Positions 19,687 to 28,284 of a stretch of DNA of 64,000 nt are shown in pieces (the stretch's first letter is position 1; each line of letters begins with the position of its first letter). Under the pieces are notes generated by a model that worked only from the letters and a program-made list of their open reading frames with translations, was not told where the DNA came from and ran no database searches. The DNA comes from Chloroflexota bacterium (GTDB lineage Bacteria; Chloroflexota; Limnocylindria; Limnocylindrales; CSP1-4), in NCBI GenBank assembly GCA_034667005.1, contig JAXDKU010000003.1, positions 920 through 64,919 of the forward strand, given 5' to 3'. Position numbers and translations under genes: made by a program.

Positions 19687-20960
19687 GCGCCGCCCCCGTG
19701 CCCCAGTCGAACGGGCGTCGCGTCGTCGTCACCGGGTTCGGCGCGGTGACGCCGCTCGGCAACGACGTCGAGACGTTCTGGAGGCGCCTGGTGGCCGGGG
19801 AGTCGGGCGTTCGGCGCATCGAGGCCTTCGACCCCGAGCGGGTGACGAGCAAAGTCGCCGGCGAGGTCCGCGACTTCGACCCCAGCACCGTGCTCGACCG
19901 CAAGGAGATCCGCCGCAACGACCGCACCACGCAGCTGGCGCTGGTGGCGGCGCGCGAGGCGATGGACTCGGCGGGGCTCCCCGCGCGCCTGGAGGGGACG
20001 GCGGCCGAGGAGACAGGTGTGCTCATCGGCTCCGGCCTGGGCGGGAGCGGGACGCTGATCGACCAGATGGGCATCGCCGCCACACGGGGCCCCGAGCGCC
20101 TCAGCCCCTTCTTCATCCCGATGTCGATCGCCAACATGCCGGCCGGCCAGGTGGCCATGAGCTTCGGGCCGCAGGGGCCGAACTTCGCGCCGGTGAGCGC
20201 CTGTGCGACGGGCGGCCACGCCATCGGCGAGGCCACCGAGATGATCCTGCGCGGCGACGCCGAGATGATGCTCGCAGGCGGGACCGAGGCCGTCGTCTAC
20301 GAGGCGATCGTCGGCGCCTTCGCGGCCATGCGGGCCCTCTCGACGCGGAACGACGATCCCGCGGGCGCCAGCCGCCCCTTCGACCGCGGCCGGGACGGCT
20401 TCGTGATCGCCGAAGGCTCCGCGATCCTGGTCCTGGAGGAGCTGGATCACGCCCGGCGGCGCGGCATGCCGATCCTTGCCGAGGTGATCGGCTACGCCGC
20501 CAGCGCCGATGCGTACCACATCACCCTGCCGTCGCCGGGGGGCGCCGGTGCGGCGCGGGCAGGGCGGCGTGCCCTCCAGAAGGCCGGCCTCGCACCGCAG
20601 GCCGTCGACCTGGTCTGCGCCCACGCGACCAGCACGCCGGAGGGAGACAGCACCGAGCTCCAGGGCATCCGGGCACTCCTCGGGGACGCCGCGAACGATG
20701 TCGCCATCACGGCCACCAAAGGCTCGATCGGCCATACGCTCGGGGCCGCGGGGGCCATCGCGGCCGTGGTCGCGATCAAGGCCATGCACGAGGGCTGCGT
20801 GCCACCGACCCTCAACCTCGTCGATCCCGACCCCGAGGTCGGCGAGCTCGACTGCACGCCGTTGGCCGCGCGCCCTCGGAGCGTGGACGTGGCGATCGTC
20901 AATGCCTTCGGCTTCGGCGGACAGAACGCCAGCCTCATCCTCCGGCGCTGGAAGGCATGA
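19683..20960 (+). CDS. fabF: beta-ketoacyl-ACP synthase II
   Basis: RVVVTGFGAVTPLG N-terminus with active-site Cys (SACATG) and His-His residues. The ATG overlaps the upstream stop (ATGA). Confidence 0.9.
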   Translation: MSAAPVPQSNGRRVVVTGFGAVTPLGNDVETFWRRLVAGESGVRRIEAFDPERVTSKVAGEVRDFDPSTVLDRKEIRRNDRTTQLALVAAREAMDSAGLPARLEGTAAEETGVLIGSGLGGSGTLIDQMGIAATRGPERLSPFFIPMSIANMPAGQVAMSFGPQGPNFAPVSACATGGHAIGEATEMILRGDAEMMLAGGTEAVVYEAIVGAFAAMRALSTRNDDPAGASRPFDRGRDGFVIAEGSAILVLEELDHARRRGMPILAEVIGYAASADAYHITLPSPGGAGAARAGRRALQKAGLAPQAVDLVCAHATSTPEGDSTELQGIRALLGDAANDVAITATKGSIGHTLGAAGAIAAVVAIKAMHEGCVPPTLNLVDPDPEVGELDCTPLAARPRSVDVAIVNAFGFGGQNASLILRRWKA

Positions 20961-21493
20961 GCGACGATCCGTCGGTCGGCCAGCTCCTCGACGTCATCGA
21001 TCGCCTGGAGGCGCTGCTCGATGGCTCCGAACTGGCAGAGATCGAGGTCGAGGCGGGCGGCACGACCGTCGTCCTGCGAAAGCCGGAGGCCGTCTCGCCG
21101 TTCCTCGGCGCGCTGCCGGCCGGTGCCGGCGGGGCTTTTGCCGGCGCGGCCGGAGCTGGATCGGGTGGAGGCGGCCTTGCCGCGGTGCCAGGCGGCTCCT
21201 CGGCTGGCCTGGCCGCGACCGGTCCCGGTGGGGACACGGGCCCCGGGCATGGGCTCCACGCGGTCGTCGCGCCACTCACCGGCGTCTTCTACACCTCGCC
21301 CTCACCCGGTGCGGTCGACTACTGCCGTGTCGGCGGCGCGGTCAGCGTCGGCCAGGTGATCGGCCTGATCGAGGCGATGAAGCTGTTCAATGAGATCAAG
21401 AGCGACGTCACGGGCACGGTCCGCCGGATCGCAGCCGAGAGCGGGGCGCTCGTCAAGGCCAAGCAGACGCTCATCGAAGTGGAGCCCTCGTGA
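20957..21493 (+). CDS. accB: biotin carboxyl carrier protein
   Basis: Canonical biotinylation motif IEAMKLFNEI, with a Pro/Ala/Gly-rich linker. Confidence 0.88.
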   Translation: MSDDPSVGQLLDVIDRLEALLDGSELAEIEVEAGGTTVVLRKPEAVSPFLGALPAGAGGAFAGAAGAGSGGGGLAAVPGGSSAGLAATGPGGDTGPGHGLHAVVAPLTGVFYTSPSPGAVDYCRVGGAVSVGQVIGLIEAMKLFNEIKSDVTGTVRRIAAESGALVKAKQTLIEVEPS

Positions 21494-21521
21494 GGGCGCA
21501 GGGCGGAGACAGGAGGGACGG

Positions 21522-22712
21522 ATGAAGACGCCGCGCAGCGTCAGGATCACGGGGTGGGGGAGCTATGCGCCGGAGCGGGTGCTGACGAACGCGGACCTGG
21601 AGAAGCTCGTCGACACGTCCGACGAGTGGATCCGCTCGCGGACGGGTATCCGCGAGCGGCGCGTCGCCGCGCCGCACGAGACCACGGCAACGCTCGCCGC
21701 GATCGCGGGCAAGCGAGCCATCGCGGTCGCGGGGCTCCAGCCGGACGACATCGACCTGATCCTGGTCGGGACGCTCACGCCCGACTACTGGATGCCCGCG
21801 ACCGCGGTGCTGGTCAAGGAGGCCATCGGCAACTCGACGGCGGTTGCCTTCGACGTCATGGCGGCATGCTCGGGATTCGTCTACGGCTATGCCACGGCCG
21901 ACGCGTTCCTGCGGGCCGGCGTGTACAAGAACGCGCTGGTCATCGGGGCCGAGGTCCTCAGCCGCTTCCTCGACTTCAGCGACCGCAACACCTGCATCCT
22001 CTTCGGAGACGGCGCGGGTGCCGTGGTGCTGTCCGCGTCCGACGAGCCGGGCGGGGGCATGGGCGGGCTCGAGCTCACCACGGACCCCGACGGGGCGTAC
22101 ATGATCTGGCTCCCCTCCGGCGGCTCGAAGAGCCCGCCGTCCAACGAGACGATCAGCCGCGGCGAGCACTTCGTCCGGATGGAGGGCCGTGAGACCTACC
22201 GGTTCGCGACCAAGACCCTGGCCTCGTCCGCCCTGAAGGCGATCGGGAAGGCCGGCTGGAAGCCCGAAGAGGTCGATCTCTTCATCCCGCACCAGGCGAA
22301 CATCCGCATCATCGAGTCGGTCGCCAAGGGGCTCAACATGTCGATGGACAAGATGTTCGTGAACGTGGACCGCTACGGCAACACGTCCGCCGCGTCGGTG
22401 GGCATCGCGCTCGCGGAGGCCGTGGACTCGGGTCGCATCCAGATCGGCAGCAAGATCGTCTTCGTGGCGTTCGGCGCCGGCTTCACGAGCGGAGCTGCCG
22501 CGGTCGAGTGGACCGCCGATCCCGCCAATGGCCGCCGTGCAGACTCCGTGGTGCCGGTCGCGTCGGTCCGCGCGCCCGTCGACTGGGATTCGGTCGATCC
22601 CATGCCGCCGCGGCTGATGGCGGCGCTGGCCGATCGCTCAGGCCCGCCGGTCCCGCTCGACGACGTGGTGCCGGGAGAGCCCGAGCACGCCCACACAGAG
22701 GTGACCGCGTGA
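21522..22712 (+). CDS. fabH: beta-ketoacyl-ACP synthase III with ~66-aa C-terminal extension
   Basis: AACSGF active-site Cys, HQAN and GNTSAAS motifs. AGGAGGGA RBS upstream. The extra tail follows ...AAVEW. Confidence 0.86.
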   Translation: MKTPRSVRITGWGSYAPERVLTNADLEKLVDTSDEWIRSRTGIRERRVAAPHETTATLAAIAGKRAIAVAGLQPDDIDLILVGTLTPDYWMPATAVLVKEAIGNSTAVAFDVMAACSGFVYGYATADAFLRAGVYKNALVIGAEVLSRFLDFSDRNTCILFGDGAGAVVLSASDEPGGGMGGLELTTDPDGAYMIWLPSGGSKSPPSNETISRGEHFVRMEGRETYRFATKTLASSALKAIGKAGWKPEEVDLFIPHQANIRIIESVAKGLNMSMDKMFVNVDRYGNTSAASVGIALAEAVDSGRIQIGSKIVFVAFGAGFTSGAAAVEWTADPANGRRADSVVPVASVRAPVDWDSVDPMPPRLMAALADRSGPPVPLDDVVPGEPEHAHTEVTA

Positions 22713-23458
22713 TCAATCTGGAGGGCAAGAGCGCCGTCGTGACCGGCGGGTCCCGGGGCCTTGGGCGCGCGATCGCGGTCCGGCTCGCCGAGCAGGGCGC
22801 CGACGTGGCCTTCAGCTACCGGGGGAACGCGGCGGCCGCGGCTGAGGCGAAGGCGTCGGTCGAGGGGCTCGGGCGGAAGGGCCTGGCGATCCAGGCCGAC
22901 GTGACGCAGCCGGAAGCGGCGGAGGCCCTGATCAAGGGTGCCCTGGAGGCCTTCGGGAAGATCGACATCCTGGTCAACAACGCGGGCATCACACGCGACG
23001 ACCTGATCATGCGGATGAGCGTGGATGCGTGGCGCGAGGTCCTGGAGACGAACCTCTTCGGCGCCTTCTACACGATCAAGGCCGTGACCCGGCCGATGCT
23101 CAAGGCCCGCAGCGGCCGGATCATCAACATCACGAGCGTGTCCGGGCAGGCGGGCCAGACAGGTCAGGCGAACTACTCGGCGGCGAAGGCCGGCCTCATC
23201 GGGCTGACGAAGGCAACCGCCCGCGAGCTGGCAAGCCGGGGGATCACGTGCAACGCGGTCGCGCCAGGGTTCGTCCTCACGGAGCTGACCCAGGATCTCC
23301 CCGAGGCGCTCAAGGAAGAGGTCACCAAGCGCACGCCGCTGGGCCGCTTCGGGACCTCGGAGGAGGTCGCGGCGGCCGTGGCGTTCCTCGCGTCGGACGA
23401 GGCCTCATTCATCACGGGGCAGGTGCTGGCCGTCGACGGCGGCCTAGTGATGATGTAA
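22709..23458 (+). CDS. fabG: 3-oxoacyl-ACP reductase
   Basis: SDR motifs TGGSRGLG and NNAG, with YSAAK catalytic residues. The GTG overlaps the fabH stop. Confidence 0.9.
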   Translation: MINLEGKSAVVTGGSRGLGRAIAVRLAEQGADVAFSYRGNAAAAAEAKASVEGLGRKGLAIQADVTQPEAAEALIKGALEAFGKIDILVNNAGITRDDLIMRMSVDAWREVLETNLFGAFYTIKAVTRPMLKARSGRIINITSVSGQAGQTGQANYSAAKAGLIGLTKATARELASRGITCNAVAPGFVLTELTQDLPEALKEEVTKRTPLGRFGTSEEVAAAVAFLASDEASFITGQVLAVDGGLVMM

Positions 23459-23549
23459 GCCTCGTTTGATCTCGATGTGATCCCGTCGGAAACCATCGGG
23501 AAGCTTCGGGTACAGTCGGCGTCGACACTCCGGCGGCTTGAGGCAAGGC

Positions 23550-26210
23550 ATGCGCGCGTCCGGCGCCCCGCAATATGACGTCTTTCTTTCGTTTGTGCCT
23601 GGCGGCCCGCGGGCAGCCAAGGTGGCAAATAAAGTGCGCAATGCTCTTCAGCATCCGCAGTTCAAAGTGTTCGGCGGAAACGAGCGCGGAGTAAGCGTTC
23701 GCGCAAGGACGGCAGCACTCGCGGAAGCCATTCTCGATGCGCACGTTGTCGTCGCGCTGATCGATGACGTGTACTGGCAGAGCGAGGCGACGAGATGGGA
23801 GCTGGCGGCAGCTCTGCTCCCCTGGCGGCGTGACTGGGCGAACGGCAGACGCGCGCAACCGTCGCACTTGATCGCGGCGGTCGTTGACGAAGGAGGCCGA
23901 GCGCAGCTGCTCCGTCACTACCCAGATGGCAGTTCGGCGGACTGGGCGACCGTCCTGAGCAACCCGAAAGAGATCGCGAAACTAGTCAAGAGTCGACTCG
24001 GCGTCAACGGGTTCGAGCACGACGTGGAAGCCGCGAGGGCGCCGATGCGGTTGCGAGATCGTTTGGGACTCGCGACATCGGGCGCCTTGTTGCGGCGGAT
24101 GACGCGCAACGAACCGGTGCCCCTACCACCGTGGGATCGGAACACATTCATTTCGGTCCCATTCAACCCCGGACGAATTCCGCAGGAACGCGACGACCAC
24201 ACCGAAGACGTGTGGTCCATAGACGGCCTACTCCATTTTGATCGGGACGGACGTGCCCGCGCGTTGAATGTGGTGGCCTCGCGGGAAGCAGCGACCGAGC
24301 TTGGCCATCAATACGTACGCCGGTACAGCGACGCGTATCCCGGCGGCGTGATCTGGATCGACGCACACGCAGGCTCGACTCCGGAGCCGACTCAATTCGC
24401 GCGGGCTGCGGAATCGTTGAGAGAGTATTGGAAGATCACCGAGGAGGCTGCGTCACCTCCGGACCCTGCGGAACGCCTCGCGGCGGCCCTTCATGCCGTT
24501 CCGAGCGACAAGGCCGTGCTGTACATCGTCGATGGCGTCCACGCGGGCGGTGGTCCGACGGGCCTGGGCGACCTTCGCACTTGGTGTCCTGCCCGGGATC
24601 GCGTTGAGCTAATGGTCACTTCCACCTCGGCCCTGCGCGTTGAGAACCTACCAACGGTTTTTGTCCAGCCAACGGAACAACTCGCGCCTGCCCAGCCTCG
24701 GGCTTCGGCGCGCGTGAAAGAGGCCGTCGCCTTCATCGCGGCGGTCTGTGCGATTCTTGGATTCGGCGCCGCAATTGCCACGGGGACTCTTGATCGCTTG
24801 TTCCCGTCGAACCAGTCGTCGCCATCCGCCGTTGTGTCCGATGCACCGCGGACGCTCGCACCGGCCTCCATTGTCATGTCTACAGAGGCGCCGCCGAGTT
24901 CGTCCGTCGGCCCCACCGTGAGTCCAGCGCCCACGACGACAGGGGCACTGGTAACGCCGACGCCCGTCTCGCCACCGCCGGGTACGCCGCCTCCCGTCAC
25001 GCCGGCACCTACTCTCCCGCCGCCAGTCGCCGTGGCATGGCATGTCGGTGATTCATTCCCGGAGCCGAAGCACTTCATTGCCAACAAGATCGTTGTCGCG
25101 GGTGGGCGGTTGTGGCTGCCGAAGTCCGATGGCAGTCGCCTGGCGATCGTCGACGCGGCCAACAACAAGACTCTAGTGCCGGTGCACCTCGATGGACGAC
25201 CTGGTCCGATCACGGAAGCCCGTGGGAGCGTCTGGGTGACGGTCGATAGGTTGGATCAGCCGGACCAGCTCGAGCGCGTCAGTCTGGCAACGGGGCGGAC
25301 CATCGCCAGTCGCAGAGTAGGCGGAACCCCGACCGACCTGGCTGGGGGCGAAGACGCAGTCTGGATCGCGACAGATACGGCGGTCACGCGGATTTTTGTC
25401 GACAGTTTGCGCAGTCGACGTTTCTTTGCCGTTCAGCACCCGCGTCTAGTTGCGCCCAGTGGCCATAAGGTCTGGGTTTCGACGAGCGACGGAGAGGTCA
25501 AGCAACTGGACACTGTTGCCGATAGCGTCCTGAATGTCGCTGTTACCGCCAAAGCGACCGTGCGGGCCCTACTGGTCGTCGGAACATACCTGATTGTGTT
25601 GCACGAAGATGGAGTCGACGTACTGAATGATGGCGATGGGACGTCCCTAGGGCTTCACTTGGGGACTCAGGATGCCGTCACGGCTGCACCCGGATTGGAC
25701 GGATTCTGGTGGATCCGCGGACTCGAATGCGAGTCAGGTCGGTGTCAACGGTCGCGCATTGAACAGATTGCTGTAAACCAGGCAGAAATGCACGTGGCTG
25801 CCTATGTCGACATTGATCAATCGCCAGATAGAGCGGCACTGGCCTACGGGGAGGGTTCTCTCTGGGTGTTGCTGCCCGAGGCTGGTCGCATCCTTCGGAT
25901 CGACCCTCCGGATCTGCGGCCGCCATCTCCGGTGACGCCCCAGGACGGGCAGCACATACGTGCAACTAGCCACCGTGTCGAATTGGGCTGGTCGGCGATT
26001 GGAGATGCGGACAGTTACTACGTCGCCGTGCAGTCGTGTAGCGGACCGAACCGCGATTGCGTCGATCTCCCACCGGGCGAGGTCATAGAACCGAGGATCG
26101 CGGTGAATGTCGACGGAGTCACCTTCGGCCGTTGGCGAGTCTGGAGCGTGCGCGCGGACGGGGCCCGGGGCCCCAGCTCACGGTGGTTTCACTTCAGGAT
26201 CGGCACCTAG
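23550..26210 (+). CDS. TIR-domain transmembrane protein (N-terminal TIR, middle alpha/beta domain, TM helix, Pro/Thr linker, C-terminal beta-propeller-like plus FN3-like domains)
   Basis: TIR signatures YDVFLSF and SEATRWELAAAL (W-x-EL with a putative catalytic Glu). A hydrophobic helix (AVAFIAAVCAILGFGAAIATGTL) lies at ~24724-24790. A PT-rich linker and repeated G.[LVW]W[IV] blade-like motifs follow. The C-terminal stretch resembles FN3 (SYYVAVQ). GAGG RBS before the ATG at 23550. Local GC is visibly lower than the flanks. Confidence 0.8.
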   Translation: MRASGAPQYDVFLSFVPGGPRAAKVANKVRNALQHPQFKVFGGNERGVSVRARTAALAEAILDAHVVVALIDDVYWQSEATRWELAAALLPWRRDWANGRRAQPSHLIAAVVDEGGRAQLLRHYPDGSSADWATVLSNPKEIAKLVKSRLGVNGFEHDVEAARAPMRLRDRLGLATSGALLRRMTRNEPVPLPPWDRNTFISVPFNPGRIPQERDDHTEDVWSIDGLLHFDRDGRARALNVVASREAATELGHQYVRRYSDAYPGGVIWIDAHAGSTPEPTQFARAAESLREYWKITEEAASPPDPAERLAAALHAVPSDKAVLYIVDGVHAGGGPTGLGDLRTWCPARDRVELMVTSTSALRVENLPTVFVQPTEQLAPAQPRASARVKEAVAFIAAVCAILGFGAAIATGTLDRLFPSNQSSPSAVVSDAPRTLAPASIVMSTEAPPSSSVGPTVSPAPTTTGALVTPTPVSPPPGTPPPVTPAPTLPPPVAVAWHVGDSFPEPKHFIANKIVVAGGRLWLPKSDGSRLAIVDAANNKTLVPVHLDGRPGPITEARGSVWVTVDRLDQPDQLERVSLATGRTIASRRVGGTPTDLAGGEDAVWIATDTAVTRIFVDSLRSRRFFAVQHPRLVAPSGHKVWVSTSDGEVKQLDTVADSVLNVAVTAKATVRALLVVGTYLIVLHEDGVDVLNDGDGTSLGLHLGTQDAVTAAPGLDGFWWIRGLECESGRCQRSRIEQIAVNQAEMHVAAYVDIDQSPDRAALAYGEGSLWVLLPEAGRILRIDPPDLRPPSPVTPQDGQHIRATSHRVELGWSAIGDADSYYVAVQSCSGPNRDCVDLPPGEVIEPRIAVNVDGVTFGRWRVWSVRADGARGPSSRWFHFRIGT

Positions 26211-26348
26211 AGTGGTCATACATCTTGTACGCTGCACTACGTGGTGTGGCCAAGACACGATCTTGTCGCAAGGACGCGCTGTTGTGAACACCGAAACAGT
26301 GTCAGTGGGAACCAGTTGCTCATCCACCTACGGTGCGTTGTCAGACGC

Positions 26349-26717
26349 ATGGACGACGAGCGGCTCTACCAGCGGCGACAGGGCTTCTGGCTCCGCATGG
26401 CCCGCGAGCGGGCCGGCAAGAGCCAGCAGGGCGCTGCCGAGTACCTGGGCCTCTCGGCCAAGTCCAAGTCCACGATCTCCGACTACGAGAACGGCGTGAC
26501 GGCCGTCCCGCTGTGGAGCCTCAGGCGCCTGTCCGTCTGGTACGGCGTTCCGCTCGAGCTGTTCACGCATCCTCGCCAGACGGTGGAGGAGCAGATCGAC
26601 GAGATCGTGCGCGCAGCAGGAGCGCTCGAGCGCGAGGACCAGGCGGCGGCGGAGGCCGTCGGCGACCAAGGAGCTGAAGGCGAGCCCGCCGGCGGGCGTC
26701 GTACACGCTCAGCATGA
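26349..26717 (+). CDS. XRE-family helix-turn-helix transcriptional regulator
   Basis: HTH_XRE signature (RERAGKSQQGAAEYLGLSAKSKSTISDYENG). Small protein directly downstream of the TIR gene, inside the low-GC segment. Confidence 0.68.
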   Translation: MDDERLYQRRQGFWLRMARERAGKSQQGAAEYLGLSAKSKSTISDYENGVTAVPLWSLRRLSVWYGVPLELFTHPRQTVEEQIDEIVRAAGALEREDQAAAEAVGDQGAEGEPAGGRRTRSA

Positions 26718-26969
26718 GCTGAGCCTCGATGGCCTCGATGGCGGCGCCGTCGAGAACAGGCAGGGGCGGCGGTCGGCGCATACGGCACTCCCAGGCGGCG
26801 GGCGGTCGTGCTGGACGCTCCGTCCAGGTCATGGCCGGAGCCACGGGTGCCCTCCGCTGGGAGGTCAGAATAGAACATCCGTTCGGTATTGGCAAGGCCC
26901 GGCTTTCGTCCTCGATGATGCTCCGCGATACTGCGTAGCCTCATAGGGCGGGCACGAGGGGCACGGCGG

Positions 26970-27908
26970 TTGGACCATCCCATGACTGAGATCCAGGGCC
27001 GAGCAGCCGCGCCGGCGGCGGCACCTCCCGTGTCGCTCGCGATCTGCACGGGGAGCGGCTGGCCCCACGTCGAGCGGTTCGTGCGGGCGCTCGAGCACGC
27101 GGCAGCCGAGGTCGACGGCGAGGTGATCGTCGCCGACGGCAGCGGGAAGCCGGCGCCGCCGGCGGACAGCCTGGGAGCGTCGACGCGCTGGCTTTCGTTC
27201 CCGCGCTCCTCGGTCTACGAGCTGCGACCCGCGCTCCTGGAGGCGTGCCGCGCGGAGATCATCGCGATGACGGAGGACCACTGCCGAGTGGAGCCGAACT
27301 GGGCGGCCGCGCTCCTGGCTGCCCACGCGGACCATCCGGAGGCCCTCTCGATCGGTGGCCCGGTGGACAACCTCGCAACGGACCGTACGCTCGACTGGGC
27401 GAGCTTCTTCGTGGTCCAGGCCGGTGTGGTCCCACCCGTCACCCCCGGCGCGAGACGCAAGCTCGCCCACGCGAACGTCTCGTACAAGCGAGCGGCGCTG
27501 GACCTGGCACCGAAGGTCGCCGGCATGGGTGTGCTCGATTCCTTCCACCAGGCGTCGCTGGCGCGGACGGACGGCGCCATCCGCATGGACCCGCGCCCCC
27601 TGGTGTGGCACGACCAGTCGCTGCCGGTCGGGCCCTTCGTCGCGCAGCACTTCCACGCTGGACGCACCTTCGGCGGCTTCGTGCGGGCCACCGGCGGACG
27701 CCGCCCGGCGATCCGGCTGCTCGTCGCGCCGGCAGTGCCATGGCTCCGGCTGGGACGTGCGGCGGCTCTTGCCTCGCGGTCTCGCCACGCCGAGCGCCTG
27801 CCGGCCGCGCTGCCCTGGATGCTCGCGCTCCTCTCGGCGCAGGTCGCCGGCCAGGTGGCGGGCATCCTGCTCGGAGCGGGAGAGAGCCCGCTGCACGTCG
27901 AGGGCTGA
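26970..27908 (+). CDS. putative glycosyltransferase (GT2-like)
   Basis: A GT2-like N-terminal region (VSLAICTGSGWPH...EVIVADGSG). GC3-rich. It is the first gene of the glycan locus. Confidence 0.55.
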   Translation: MDHPMTEIQGRAAAPAAAPPVSLAICTGSGWPHVERFVRALEHAAAEVDGEVIVADGSGKPAPPADSLGASTRWLSFPRSSVYELRPALLEACRAEIIAMTEDHCRVEPNWAAALLAAHADHPEALSIGGPVDNLATDRTLDWASFFVVQAGVVPPVTPGARRKLAHANVSYKRAALDLAPKVAGMGVLDSFHQASLARTDGAIRMDPRPLVWHDQSLPVGPFVAQHFHAGRTFGGFVRATGGRRPAIRLLVAPAVPWLRLGRAAALASRSRHAERLPAALPWMLALLSAQVAGQVAGILLGAGESPLHVEG

Positions 27909-27936
27909 GCCGCGCCGAAGCGCGCCTTCCGCCGGT

Positions 27937-28260
27937 CGCCGGTCAAACGCGAATCCCGGTGGCATTCGCCCCTCGGCCGACGCGCGATCAGTGTCCAATG
28001 CCAACCCGGGTGGCGTTGTGCGCGGAATCACGCGAAAACGAGCGCGATCCGAGTGAGGCCGGAGGCGGACGCCACAGGGGTTGCTGTTAGGCCCGTTGGG
28101 GTTCGAGCGGGTGCGCCGACGCAGCGCTACGGCGCCTCGCGAGGTAGTCGGCACTCCGCGCCGGCCGCCCGCCGCGCCCGCGGCGCCACGCTGCGCCGGC
28201 GCAGCGCAACGGCGCCTCGCGACGGAGTCGAGGCACCAGACCAGCACGCGGCGCCAGCAG
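27937..28260. repeat. cluster of hairpins and an imperfect ~42-bp direct repeat in a convergent intergenic region
   Basis: Hairpin GCGAAT-N9-ATTCGC at 27949-27969. Further stem-loops follow. Two copies of gcgccgRcgcagcgcWacggcgcctcgcga..agtcg sit ~80 bp apart (28113-28154 and 28194-28237). Confidence 0.5.
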
Positions 28261-28284
28261 GCGCGCCAGGACGGACCCGGTCGG

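Noticed and set aside
23550-26717. TIR gene as a Thoeris (ThsB) system
   Set aside because: No ThsA-like SIR2/SLOG or Macro gene is adjacent. The TIR protein is far larger than ThsB and predicted membrane-spanning. It is therefore called a distinct architecture, not Thoeris.
23459-26968. Low-GC segment as a prophage or integrative element
   Set aside because: No integrase, recombinase, tRNA attachment site or flanking direct repeats are visible. Only two cargo genes are present, so it is called a compositional island only.
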